DNA of 64,000 nt from an uncultured virus (IMG/VR IMGVR_UViG_3300027241_000181). Lineage: Duplodnaviria; Heunggongvirae; Uroviricota; Caudoviricetes. The stretch lies in the IMG/VR virus record IMGVR_UViG_3300027241_000181, one strand, 5' to 3'. Within the stretch, counting starts at the first letter, position 1; each line of letters begins with the position of its first letter. Shown one piece after another: positions 48,249-57,224 of this stretch. The notes under the pieces were generated by a model. It made no database searches and was not told where the DNA came from. It saw only the letters and a list, made by a program, of their open reading frames with translations. The translations under genes were made by a program, and so were the position numbers.

Positions 48249-48342
48249 TGGAGAGATAAACGTAAAACCCTAAGAGCACAGTCGACGGACTGCTTAGGTT
48301 GGGACCTTGATGCTGCAAGCGCGCTAAAAAGGTGAAGCTCCA
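48249..48342 (+). ncRNA. Unassigned structured RNA (three-way junction)
   Basis: TGGAG/CTCCA closing stem; CCTAAG/CTTAGG with CAGTC-GACG-GACTG; ACCTT/AAGGT. Confidence 0.45.
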
Positions 48343-48349
48343 AAAAATT

Positions 48350-48422
48350 GCGAAAGTAGCTCAGTTGGTAGAGCATGACCTTGCCAAGGTCAGGGTCGCC
48401 GGTTCGAACCCGGTCTTTCGCT
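48350..48422 (+). tRNA. trnG: tRNA-Gly(GCC)
   Basis: GCGAAAG/CTTTCGC acceptor; TGACC-TT GCC AA-GGTCA. Confidence 0.93.
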
Positions 48423-48423
48423 C

Positions 48424-48723
48424 AAAATAGTAATGTGACCGAACAAGGGGTTAAGAGTCCTTAAGGTACTGGCTGAACTGCTGAAAAGCAGGAATGTTGG
48501 ATCACACAGATCTATGAGATAAAACCACTCAAACTACAGGGTAGAATGCGCAACCTGGTAGTCAATGAGGTCCCGCCAAGATACGCTATCTGATCTTTGC
48601 AACGGGTGCTGGTATGCAATCCAGCTGGTCATTACAACAGAACTAGCTACTCTGTTGGACCATGGGTGAAAAGGGGTAGATCCAAGGTGTATGGGTAGTC
48701 AGGAATCCCATTATTACTATTTT
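48424..48723 (+). ncRNA. Unassigned 300-nt structured RNA between tRNA-Gly and tRNA-Ala
   Basis: Perfect 11-bp closing helix AAAATAGTAAT/ATTACTATTTT and several internal hairpins; no plus-strand ORF in the track. Confidence 0.6.
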
Positions 48724-48727
48724 TCAT

Positions 48728-48804
48728 GGGGGTATAGCTCAGTTGGCTAGAGCATCTGCCTTGCACGCAGAGGGTCGTGGGTTCGAATCCCTCTACCTCC
48801 ACCA
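48728..48804 (+). tRNA. trnA: tRNA-Ala(UGC)
   Basis: GGGGGTA/TACCTCC acceptor with G3:U70; TCTGC-CT TGC AC-GCAGA; encoded CCA. Confidence 0.95.
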
Positions 48805-48856
48805 TGAGTTTCTTTGTTCTCAGGCAAAACAAAGTGGAGCTAATGTGGCGAAATTA

Positions 48857-48893
48857 GACGGTTGAGCTTCGGTTCAACCGTCCATTTCTTTTT
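48857..48893 (+). terminator. Terminator-like hairpin after tRNA-Ala
   Basis: GACGGTTGAGC-TTCG-GTTCAACCGTC with a T-rich tail. Confidence 0.7.
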
Positions 48894-48896
48894 AAT

Positions 48897-49157
48897 ATGA
48901 GTAAGATCAAAGAAATCATTGAAGGTTGGGGAAGATTGCTCTTCCAAGATTACGATAACCTAGCACCTGCCCTGAAAGAAAGAACAGAGCAGCGTCTTTC
49001 AATTTGTCATGATTGCAAGATTCGTAACGGTGTAATTTGCGATCCAACCAAAACAGGAACTCATGCGGAAACAGGTAAGATTGTTCGAGGATGTGGTTGT
49101 CACCTAAGAGCTAAAGCTCTATCTGTAAATTCTTCTTGTCCACTTGGTAAGTGGTGA
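48897..49157 (+). CDS. Small Cys-rich (metal-binding) phage protein
   Basis: RLSICHDC...C...GCGC.L.AK......CPLGKW. Confidence 0.7.
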   Translation: MSKIKEIIEGWGRLLFQDYDNLAPALKERTEQRLSICHDCKIRNGVICDPTKTGTHAETGKIVRGCGCHLRAKALSVNSSCPLGKW

Positions 49158-49191
49158 AACAATTTTAGATTTGACTGTATAAATACTAAAC

Positions 49192-49265
49192 GGCCCGTTC
49201 GTCTAGCGGTTTAGGACATCTCCCTTTCACGGAGAAGATCACGAGTTCGAATCTCGTACGGGTCA
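49192..49265 (+). tRNA. trnE: tRNA-Glu(UUC)
   Basis: GGCCCGT/ACGGGTC acceptor; TCTCC-CT TTC AC-GGAGA. Confidence 0.93.
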
Positions 49266-49286
49266 CGAATCTTAATTCAATTCAAA

Positions 49287-49421
49287 ATGGCAAAAGAAAA
49301 ATGTGTAAGCTGTAGCGTTGAAACTCAATACGAGGAGTCAACTCACATCGATTTTCGTTATCATTATGTTGAGGGTGCTGGACAATTGTGTTCAAGCTGC
49401 CACGACGAAATATATAACTAA
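49287..49421 (+). CDS. 44-aa zinc-finger-like protein; not in the ORF track
   Basis: MAKEKCVSC...YVEGAGQLCSSC (CxxC...CxxC); TAATG coupling to the next gene. Confidence 0.7.
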   Translation: MAKEKCVSCSVETQYEESTHIDFRYHYVEGAGQLCSSCHDEIYN

Positions 49422-49627
49422 TGAAAGTCTATATCTACATTTCACAAAAAGACTTGTTGGTTTTCAACGGTCTATTGGCAGACAGTTCGTATATGGGTTC
49501 AGGTATTAAAATTGAATATTTTGAAGAGCACTCGCCTGGAACCCTAATGGTATCAATGGCACTTGATACGTTCATTTATTTTCAAGATCAAGATGTGCTC
49601 TTTCAAACTGAATTAATTCAAAACTAA
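49421..49627 (+). CDS. Hypothetical protein
   Basis: 68-aa coupled ORF. Confidence 0.55.
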   Translation: MKVYIYISQKDLLVFNGLLADSSYMGSGIKIEYFEEHSPGTLMVSMALDTFIYFQDQDVLFQTELIQN

Positions 49628-49628
49628 C

Positions 49629-49943
49629 ATGAATCGAAGAGACAAACAAACTCGAGTCTTCAAACAGCTTGTTGATCGTCAGCTTCTTCCTTTCGGTAAA
49701 ACGTATGAAGACGTAATTAGTGACCCGATGTGGTACCTTCGTTACAAGACTACGCCTGAAGCCGAAAAAGAATTCATTCAATGGGGTGTTGAGTTCTTGC
49801 GTAAAGAGCTTAGCATGACCAAGAAGGGAGCTGAAAACGAGATGAGCTGGTTTGTTCTACAATGGGGTCTTACAACCAATCAAGAGCTTAACGTTGAGGA
49901 TTTCATCGCTCAACCAGCTGACAAAGTGGCCAAAGCCAGCTAA
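49629..49943 (+). CDS. Hypothetical protein
   Basis: 104-aa ORF followed by a hairpin. Confidence 0.65.
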   Translation: MNRRDKQTRVFKQLVDRQLLPFGKTYEDVISDPMWYLRYKTTPEAEKEFIQWGVEFLRKELSMTKKGAENEMSWFVLQWGLTTNQELNVEDFIAQPADKVAKAS

Positions 49944-49967
49944 TTTGAAACTTTTTTCAATTTTTTT

Positions 49968-50008
49968 AACCCGAGATTTTTTAGTCTCGGGTTTTTTTGT
50001 TATATTTA
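49968..50008 (+). promoter_or_regulatory. Terminator hairpin followed by a Bacteroidota-like -7 box (TATATTTA)
   Basis: AACCCGAGA...TCTCGGGTT with a T-tract, then TTGTTATATTTA. Confidence 0.55.
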
Positions 50009-50040
50009 CTAAGTAATCAGATAACTAATAGACAAAAAAC

Positions 50041-50367
50041 ATGGCAAGAACTACTTTCACCGCAACAGAAGACATGATTGGTAAGTACATCAACGAGTAT
50101 CTTTACTCTGACGTTAATCCAGTTGGAAAAATCGTTGGTATCAAATCGAAGACAATTCTTTATGTACAACCGATCGAAGCTACCAAGAATAAGACTGAGA
50201 TGGAATTCATTCCAGGTGGTTTTTCAGCACATTGTACCAACAACAGTGCCCAAGAGTGGGAGTTTGAAGAAGTTGGTGAAGTTGTTGAAATGCGAATGAC
50301 CCTTGGACGTTATGATTGGCGCAAAATCGCTGATGCTCCACGTAAACACTATGATTATAACTTCTAA
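50041..50367 (+). CDS. Hypothetical early-type protein
   Basis: 108 aa; YSDV.P, F.PGGFSAHC.N...Q.W. Confidence 0.65.
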   Translation: MARTTFTATEDMIGKYINEYLYSDVNPVGKIVGIKSKTILYVQPIEATKNKTEMEFIPGGFSAHCTNNSAQEWEFEEVGEVVEMRMTLGRYDWRKIADAPRKHYDYNF

Positions 50368-50374
50368 TAAAAAT

Positions 50375-50608
50375 ATGGTACTAGACTTAAATCAAGAAAT
50401 GGCCTGGGTAACTTTCTTCAACGAAGGATGGGAAACCATCTGGCACCCAGTAACCGACATCACCGGCAAGCAACTCCACTTTGATGAAACTATCATGGAC
50501 TATTGTCGCGAACGGTACAATGCTCGCGAAGGCCGCGATTGGACTTACTTCGGTATTGCACCCACCTCCCAAATGTTACTAAAGAACGCTGTAAGAGACA
50601 ACCTATGA
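50375..50608 (+). CDS. Hypothetical protein (likely ATG start at 50375)
   Basis: In-frame ATG just after the previous stop. Confidence 0.55.
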   Translation: MVLDLNQEMAWVTFFNEGWETIWHPVTDITGKQLHFDETIMDYCRERYNAREGRDWTYFGIAPTSQMLLKNAVRDNL

Positions 50609-50802
50609 GATATACTGTAACCTTTCAAATTGACATTGAATCACGCGATGATAAGCATGCAGTTTCAAAGGCACAAATGATTGCCAATCGGCAGAACGAT
50701 AAGCACCCTGCACAGCGTTGGATCGTGTCAGATGTATCTACTCGCCCATGGGCATCATTTAGTTTTAAGAAAGTTGACATCAGTAGTTTAACCGGTAAGT
50801 AA
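50605..50802 (+). CDS. Hypothetical protein (likely ATG start at 50605)
   Basis: ATGA overlap with the previous gene. Confidence 0.55.
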   Translation: MRYTVTFQIDIESRDDKHAVSKAQMIANRQNDKHPAQRWIVSDVSTRPWASFSFKKVDISSLTGK

Positions 50803-51059
50803 TGGAAGATCATCATTATTTTGAAAATCCAGCACCCGAAGAAAAGGTGCTACGTTACGATGCCATCGTGCCAAACGTATGGGACTACACTATGTCTGAA
50901 TATGCAAGTGTCTTAGCTTCTCACCACAATCGAGTTGGTGGTTTCGCTAAAGAATCAAAACGTCAATTGGTTGAAGAACACTTTGCTCCTCACAGGGTTC
51001 ACTGGCGCACACAAACACGGTATTGGGAAGATTACGATAAACAAGATGCATGGCGATGA
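50802..51059 (+). CDS. Hypothetical protein
   Basis: 85-aa coupled ORF. Confidence 0.55.
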   Translation: MEDHHYFENPAPEEKVLRYDAIVPNVWDYTMSEYASVLASHHNRVGGFAKESKRQLVEEHFAPHRVHWRTQTRYWEDYDKQDAWR

Positions 51060-51637
51060 ATCACAGACAATTTACATGGTGGCGTAGGTTTTACACAACA
51101 CGACACTTAAAGCAACTGCCCTGGAAAGGTTACTCCGAGCTTCTCCAGAGAATCGATTATGGTGAGTATGAATTCAATCATCTTGGGTTTGAAGTGTACT
51201 TAGAGGATAAGGTTTATCTTGCAGAGATTGAAAAATTAAAGCAAACCTTAAAGTCAAAGAGTCAAGATGTGATTGAAGAAGCCATCATTCACCTGCGTAA
51301 GAAATTCCACAAACGCAAGGAATTTATCATGGAACGACATTTGATTGAAGAACAGAAGTCTTTGAATCGACTTGCGCAGGACTTAGCTTCAGAATTTGGA
51401 ATGGAAAAGGAACATGTTGAAGAGGTGATGGAAACCTTTGATGGAACAACACGGCACATTTACTATCATTTACAGTCTATTAATAATAATCGCGTACCCC
51501 CGACCGCGGAGGAAGTAGAAATGATCCCAAAGACCGTTGAACCCCAACCTCGACACGTGCTCAGATATGATGAAATGAAGTGGCAGCCCCTATGGCAAGA
51601 AGTTATCACAGAAAAAAAGGTCTGGGGAGCACTTTAA
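51050..51637 (+). CDS. Hypothetical protein
   Basis: 195-aa ORF. Confidence 0.65.
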   Translation: MAMNHRQFTWWRRFYTTRHLKQLPWKGYSELLQRIDYGEYEFNHLGFEVYLEDKVYLAEIEKLKQTLKSKSQDVIEEAIIHLRKKFHKRKEFIMERHLIEEQKSLNRLAQDLASEFGMEKEHVEEVMETFDGTTRHIYYHLQSINNNRVPPTAEEVEMIPKTVEPQPRHVLRYDEMKWQPLWQEVITEKKVWGAL

Positions 51638-51672
51638 AATAAACAGGCGGAGTACCATGTGATATATACTCT

Positions 51673-52374
51673 ATGATGGAGTTTGATCAGGATTGGTTTA
51701 GCCAAGGGCCTATAGATTACGAGTTCAAGAAATACACTTTAATGGCGAAAATTAAGCGCCTTGAAGGTATGATTAAACTTGGTATAATCTGGCCTATTAT
51801 TCAGGAGGTTGAGTACCACTTGGATTACCTGTATCGTTTCAAATATGAGAAAGAAACTCTTGACGATAAGTTAAAGATTGCTAAGGATATTGACTTCGTT
51901 AACTTTAGAATTATTTACGAAATTCCTGATGATCAAATAGGAGATCAGATGGACGTTCTTCACCGTATTGCAAACGAAGCGATAGTTAAATTTGAAGACG
52001 TTTACATGGAAGCAAGATTGGCTTGGAGAGACATTGAACCGCATATTAGAATAACGTGGATTCCTTCTAAAACTCCAATTTTAAAGTCAGGATTTGCAGC
52101 GATGGTTGACAATAGACAAAAGATTCACCTGTGTAAATTTGAAAAACCATCAAAGTTAGGAGGAGATTGGAGAACTTTCAAACTTGAAAAGATTGAAGAA
52201 GTTCCATTCACACCAGAAGCAATGGGTAAAATGGTAGAGATCCATACGCAAATGGACACTCGGATTCCATTTGCAAGAATGGACTATAATATCAATTGTT
52301 CGTTTGAAGACGCAATCTTCCCGATAGCCAAGAGTATATTATATTCTTCCTTAATGAAGGATTTCACCTCATGA
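51673..52374 (+). CDS. Hypothetical protein
   Basis: 233 aa; DWF...PIDYE.KKY.L.A; GATATATA at 51661. Confidence 0.65.
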   Translation: MMEFDQDWFSQGPIDYEFKKYTLMAKIKRLEGMIKLGIIWPIIQEVEYHLDYLYRFKYEKETLDDKLKIAKDIDFVNFRIIYEIPDDQIGDQMDVLHRIANEAIVKFEDVYMEARLAWRDIEPHIRITWIPSKTPILKSGFAAMVDNRQKIHLCKFEKPSKLGGDWRTFKLEKIEEVPFTPEAMGKMVEIHTQMDTRIPFARMDYNINCSFEDAIFPIAKSILYSSLMKDFTS

Positions 52375-52414
52375 GGGTGATATATAACCAAACATAAAAT
52401 AAGATAGCATAGAC

Positions 52415-55138
52415 ATGCCTTACGTTTCAAAGGATGACATAATGGTTTATATCGGCAGTAACCTTTCAGTGGTTGCTGGCCAACCATCGACCGTCGAGCT
52501 AATCTTGTACAAAGACTACATCAACAATCAGTTGAATGCCGCTGATGCCGATTCAATTACGGTATCTCTGTACAATTCATTAGGACAAAAGATGTATCAG
52601 TACTCAAACCCAGTTATTTCGGGTATTACTGATCTTCTAACAATGGGTAACCCAGCAACAGCAACGCAGGGTTACATCTCTTTCTCGATCACACCAAACC
52701 AGAGCGCAAATCTGGCCAATGGTAACCTTTATGCTCAAGTAACAATCACATACTCTAACTACTATCCATCAGCGAAGACTTACATTATTCCACAGTTGAT
52801 GATTGGTACAGTTAGCGGATCAAGTATTACAGGTACTGGTTCAGGTTCAGGTTCTGGTTCAGGATCGGGTTCAGGATCAACTTCACTTTCAGGTTCAAGT
52901 AACGCTTCAAGCCCTTACGTTAGATACCAAGTATCTGCAGTTGATGGCTCAAACCCATCACTGAAATCAGTCACGTTCAATGCCTCTGATCCTTCACTGG
53001 TAACTTCAATCAAGTTTTACAACTTAGATCAGAACAACGTTAGAAACGTACTGCTTGAAAATTATCTGATAAAGAGAGACCCGGGCGGTTCTAACGTCAA
53101 CGCTAACATCGTTGTTACAAACGCAGGTTCTCCAAACCAATACGCTATCTACGAAATTACAGGTTATAATAGAATTAACGCTGAAGCCGGTGGAGGAGAC
53201 GATAACGATAATGATTACACTGAAGTTCTAGTTACATACGAAGATAGCTCATACTCTCCAGTTGCTTCACCATACGTATGGGAAGTAGGACAGTACATTA
53301 GTTATGACATTGATATGTTTGGTGGAGCAGGTTCTGGTTCAGGAACTGCAGGATCAGACGGCACTTCAGGTTCTTCAGGTACAGACGGTACTTCAGGTTC
53401 ATCAGGTACTGATGGCGTAGCGGGTCCACAGGGTCCTGCAGGTGTAGATGGTGTAATAGGTTCTGACGGTTCATCTGGTTCTTCAGGTACTGATGGTACT
53501 TCAGGCTCATCTGGCTCTTCAGGTACTGATGGTACTTCAGGCTCATCTGGTTCTTCAGGTTCTGATGGTACTTCAGGCTCATCTGGTTCTGATGGTACTT
53601 CAGGTTCTTCAGGTACTGATGGTACTTCAGGCTCATCTGGTTCTTCAGGTACTGATGGTACTTCAGGTTCTTCAGGCACTGATGGTACTTCAGGTTCTGA
53701 TGGTACTTCTGGTTCATCTGGTACAGATGGCGTTGGAGGTATTACACAGGCTGGAACTAACATTGATGTTTCGGGTTCTGGTACAGTTGCAGACCCTTAT
53801 GTAATTAGTGCTTCTTCATTAGCAAGTGGATCTTCAGGTTCATCAGGTACTGATGGTACTTCGGGTTCTTCAGGTACAGACGGTACTTCGGGTTCTTCAG
53901 GTACAGACGGTACTTCGGGTTCTTCAGGTACAGACGGTACTTCGGGTTCTTCAGGTACAGACGGTACTTCGGGTTCTTCAGGTACTTCAGGAGATAATGG
54001 TACTTCAGGTTCATCAGGCACGGACGGCACATCAGGTTCATCTGGCACAGACGGTACATCGGGTTCTTCAGGTACAGACGGCACTTCAGGTTCATCAGGT
54101 ACTGATGGCACTTCTGGTTCTTCAGGTACTTCAGGTGACAATGGTACTTCGGGTTCTTCAGGTACTTCAGGTGACAATGGTACTTCGGGTTCTTCAGGAA
54201 CTGATGGTACTTCAGGATCATCAGGCACGGACGGTACTTCAGGTTCTTCAGGAACTGATGGTACTTCAGGTTCATCGGGTACTTCAGGTGACAATGGTAC
54301 TTCGGGTTCTTCAGGTACTTCAGGTGACAATGGTACTTCGGGTTCTTCAGGAACTGATGGTACTTCAGGATCATCAGGCACAGACGGTACTTCAGGTTCT
54401 TCAGGAACTGATGGTACTTCAGGTTCATCGGGTACTTCAGGTGACAATGGTACTTCGGGTTCTTCAGGTACTTCAGGTTCATCTGGCACGGACGGCACTT
54501 CTGGTTCTTCGGGTACTAATGGTACTTCAGGTTCTTCAGGTACAGATGGTACGTCAGGTTCTTCAGGTACTAATGGTCTTGGAATTCCTTCAGGTGGTAC
54601 ATCAGGTCAAGCGCTTGTTAAAATTGACTCTAACCCATATAACGTACAGTGGTCTACTATCTCAGGAGGTTCTGGTTCAGGAACTAACAAGTATCTACTA
54701 AGACTTGAATATGATTCATCAAACCACCTAGTTAATAACACTACAGATAACAAGTTTGTTTCTGCAACTGGATTCTTGACTGCAAACGCATCAGTTGACT
54801 CAGTTTCAGTTAATACTTCAACGGCAATTTATACAGCTACAGTTTCATTCAATGAATCAAATCCACCACTTGCAATTCAGGTTCTTGCATGGGATCCTGC
54901 AACTTACAAGTATGAAGTTCACGCCTACAGAGTTGACGCTGCACTAGCTAAAATTGATTCTGCAGCTGCAAACTTCTCTACGTCTGGCACAAATCAACTT
55001 GTTCCAAACTTCTTAAATGGTGCATTTACAACATCAATGACACTTGACGTAAGAAAAGACTTTATTAAATACGGTAATAAATCAGGTTTGGGTTCTTCTG
55101 CAAGAAACGCTCACGCATACGTAATATTTGTATTCTAA
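52415..55138 (+). CDS. Fibre-like virion protein with long Gly-X-Y (GTS-GSS-GTD) repeats
   Basis: 907 aa; GATATATA at 52379; two repeat tracts separated by [23 protein letters not shown] motif after the repeats. Confidence 0.75.
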   Translation: MPYVSKDDIMVYIGSNLSVVAGQPSTVELILYKDYINNQLNAADADSITVSLYNSLGQKMYQYSNPVISGITDLLTMGNPATATQGYISFSITPNQSANLANGNLYAQVTITYSNYYPSAKTYIIPQLMIGTVSGSSITGTGSGSGSGSGSGSGSTSLSGSSNASSPYVRYQVSAVDGSNPSLKSVTFNASDPSLVTSIKFYNLDQNNVRNVLLENYLIKRDPGGSNVNANIVVTNAGSPNQYAIYEITGYNRINAEAGGGDDNDNDYTEVLVTYEDSSYSPVASPYVWEVGQYISYDIDMFGGAGSGSGTAGSDGTSGSSGTDGTSGSSGTDGVAGPQGPAGVDGVIGSDGSSGSSGTDGTSGSSGSSGTDGTSGSSGSSGSDGTSGSSGSDGTSGSSGTDGTSGSSGSSGTDGTSGSSGTDGTSGSDGTSGSSGTDGVGGITQAGTNIDVSGSGTVADPYVISASSLASGSSGSSGTDGTSGSSGTDGTSGSSGTDGTSGSSGTDGTSGSSGTDGTSGSSGTSGDNGTSGSSGTDGTSGSSGTDGTSGSSGTDGTSGSSGTDGTSGSSGTSGDNGTSGSSGTSGDNGTSGSSGTDGTSGSSGTDGTSGSSGTDGTSGSSGTSGDNGTSGSSGTSGDNGTSGSSGTDGTSGSSGTDGTSGSSGTDGTSGSSGTSGDNGTSGSSGTSGSSGTDGTSGSSGTNGTSGSSGTDGTSGSSGTNGLGIPSGGTSGQALVKIDSNPYNVQWSTISGGSGSGTNKYLLRLEYDSSNHLVNNTTDNKFVSATGFLTANASVDSVSVNTSTAIYTATVSFNESNPPLAIQVLAWDPATYKYEVHAYRVDAALAKIDSAAANFSTSGTNQLVPNFLNGAFTTSMTLDVRKDFIKYGNKSGLGSSARNAHAYVIFVF
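53323..54577 (+). repeat. Tandem 9/27-nt-period repeats encoding GTSGSSGTD / GTSGDN
   Basis: For example consecutive identical GGTACTTCGGGTTCTTCAGGTACAGAC units near 53855-53962. Confidence 0.9.
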
Positions 55139-55142
55139 GACT

Positions 55143-57089
55143 ATGGCAATCTACAATCCAACCAATCCACCCCTATTTCTATCCGGTAGAATCACATCTA
55201 TTAACGGTTTAGATCAGTATCCTTATGAGGATTCAACTGGCATTAAAGCAACCGGTGCATATTACACCTTTGAAATCACAGTTGATCAAGTAACTTCGCA
55301 ATCCATCGGTACTGCTAATTCTCGTTCAGGTAACGTTAAAGAGTACAATGGATTGGACATTAAGGCTGGAGATTGGGTTACAAGTGAAAATGGTCAGATT
55401 GTTCTAAAGATTGAATCAATCGAAACTAAATCCGAAACGTCTATTTCTTTTATCGCAAAAGACGTAGATATGATTGCGTATAAACTTTACGCTTCAAATT
55501 ATCTTACAACAAATTCTAAGCTAGCTTTCTTTGAAGTTTCAGATAACAATGTGCCTCTTCTAACTACTGGGGCAGTTCAATCTTTCTTTCCAACTCCAGC
55601 GTCAATGGATAAGATCCAAGGTCGCTTTGCAGCTGAAGAAGAAACAGAAAGATACAGATTTGAATTTTCAACTTCTCAAACAGGTTATAATTCAGGCGAC
55701 ATTATTACAGTTTCAGCTGAAGGCGAGTTTGTAAAGCTTGGAACTCCGGGTGCTGCAGAAGTTCCAGTTGGTTTGGTTCTTGAAAAGACAATGAATGACA
55801 CTGTAGTTTACATTAAGCCATTTAACACGTTAATTGATAACCACTCAAACCCTGAACTTCTTAATGGTAATGCTGGTGAAATCTACTACATGGACCCTAC
55901 AGTTCCTGGTGGAATCACAACAACTGCTTCAAGAGGAGCTAAAGCACTTTTCCTACAAGTTAAAGATCCAGTTCAAACTGAAGTTAGAGCTACTATTTCA
56001 AACTACTTACCGGGTTCTTCAGACATGATTATCTTTAATGAGATTCCAGTGTTTGATGGTTCTTCAGATGAAGTTTCAACAGTTCAAGATTTTGTTGACC
56101 TAATTAACGTATCAACTGATGATCACCATATCACAGCATCTAAAGAATCAGAGTTTTCATCTTTGCTTTCTAACGCATCTGTTGCAACTAATGGTGTATC
56201 AATCCTAGCGCTATCAGATAACACAGGCGCAAGTTACACCCAGATTGATGTAACAATCAGCGATGGTACAAATTCAACAACAGTTCTATTTGACCAAACA
56301 ACAGTAACTTCTCCAATCGCATATCCAGATGCACCGGAATACCTATTGGTTAATGCTCAGATCGCAGCTGATCTTTTTAACGCTGCTTTTCAAGCTGATG
56401 GCCTAGATCTTGAAGCAATCGCAATCATACCAGGAGACGGAGCTTACTCATCTACCTTTGGACAATTGAAGATTCAAGCTATTACATCAACGGCTTCAAT
56501 CTCTATCACAACAACTGACGTTGACGTTCTAGGAGATACATTCCTATCAGGTTTTGGTATCGCGGCTTCAGCCCCTGCAAACGGAGCTGACTTCTTGATT
56601 TTAACAAGACAAGATGGTGGAGATCTAATGATCACCGGTAATGGAACATATATCAACCAAAACGGTATCACATCTTCATCAGCGGGTTCTTCTGCAGTTC
56701 TTCTAATGCTAGAAGGCGTTAATGACGAACCAGAAACGGGAGTTAATGTATCAGTTGATAAAAACCAGGTTGTGGCTTCAACCACAACACACGATCACTA
56801 TGTGACAGGAATCAATATCGACTACACTCCATTCCAGGATAGCGATGTAATTGTTAAAATTAACGGTGTTGAAGTTAACATCGGAGATGGAGACAACGAA
56901 GATGATTGTTACTTTACAGATCCTACCCTTTCAGGTTACAATACTGATGGAAACGCAATGGTCGCCAAGCTGATTAAAGACATTGCATCCGGCGACGTAT
57001 TGATCTGGAACCCTACCTATGCAGGTTATGGACTAGATCCATCAGATGATATTGACGTTATTTACCAGGCTTCTTCTTACGACCTGTAA
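55143..57089 (+). CDS. Acidic, beta-rich probable virion structural protein
   Basis: ATG at 55143 just after the fibre gene; Thr/Ser/Asp-rich. Confidence 0.65.
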   Translation: MAIYNPTNPPLFLSGRITSINGLDQYPYEDSTGIKATGAYYTFEITVDQVTSQSIGTANSRSGNVKEYNGLDIKAGDWVTSENGQIVLKIESIETKSETSISFIAKDVDMIAYKLYASNYLTTNSKLAFFEVSDNNVPLLTTGAVQSFFPTPASMDKIQGRFAAEEETERYRFEFSTSQTGYNSGDIITVSAEGEFVKLGTPGAAEVPVGLVLEKTMNDTVVYIKPFNTLIDNHSNPELLNGNAGEIYYMDPTVPGGITTTASRGAKALFLQVKDPVQTEVRATISNYLPGSSDMIIFNEIPVFDGSSDEVSTVQDFVDLINVSTDDHHITASKESEFSSLLSNASVATNGVSILALSDNTGASYTQIDVTISDGTNSTTVLFDQTTVTSPIAYPDAPEYLLVNAQIAADLFNAAFQADGLDLEAIAIIPGDGAYSSTFGQLKIQAITSTASISITTTDVDVLGDTFLSGFGIAASAPANGADFLILTRQDGGDLMITGNGTYINQNGITSSSAGSSAVLLMLEGVNDEPETGVNVSVDKNQVVASTTTHDHYVTGINIDYTPFQDSDVIVKINGVEVNIGDGDNEDDCYFTDPTLSGYNTDGNAMVAKLIKDIASGDVLIWNPTYAGYGLDPSDDIDVIYQASSYDL

Positions 57090-57129
57090 AAAAACGCATT
57101 TTTTCCAGAAAATATCACTATATTATATC

Positions 57130-57160
57130 AAAAAGGGAGCTAAACGCTCCCTTTTGTTTT
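57130..57160 (+). terminator. Intrinsic (possibly bidirectional) terminator
   Basis: AAAAGGGAGC-TAAAC-GCTCCCTTTT. Confidence 0.8.
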
Positions 57161-57224
57161 GATATATAGTCTTGAAGCTGGCACAAAGTCGGCTTCAAGA
57201 ACAAAAAATACGAAAACCACATAC

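Noticed and set aside
48146..48349. Hammerhead or HDV-like (theta) ribozyme next to the tRNAs
   Set aside because: No CUGANGA/GAAA core in the right geometry, and no nested double pseudoknot could be built by eye
48424..48723. Calling the 300-nt RNA RNase P RNA or tmRNA
   Set aside because: It lacks GAGGAAAGUCC and the 3' P4 consensus, and has no tRNA-Ala-like ends; left unassigned
47619..48832. Short ORFs overlapping tRNA genes (47619+, 47691-, 47864-, 48647-)
   Set aside because: They overlap clear tRNAs or are antisense to the lipoprotein gene; spurious
49409..49416. AATATATA as a late promoter
   Set aside because: It lies inside the 44-aa zinc-finger ORF that is coupled to the next gene; probably coincidental
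53323..54577. Possible CRISPR array
   Set aside because: The repeats are contiguous, codon-periodic and in frame, with no unique spacers and no cas genes
53298..54701. Long alternative-frame and antisense ORFs over the Gly-Ser repeat (PEVPS, LKYHQ, VLQV repeats)
   Set aside because: Shadow frames of a low-complexity tandem repeat; the + strand Gly-X-Y frame has the promoter and unique flanking domains
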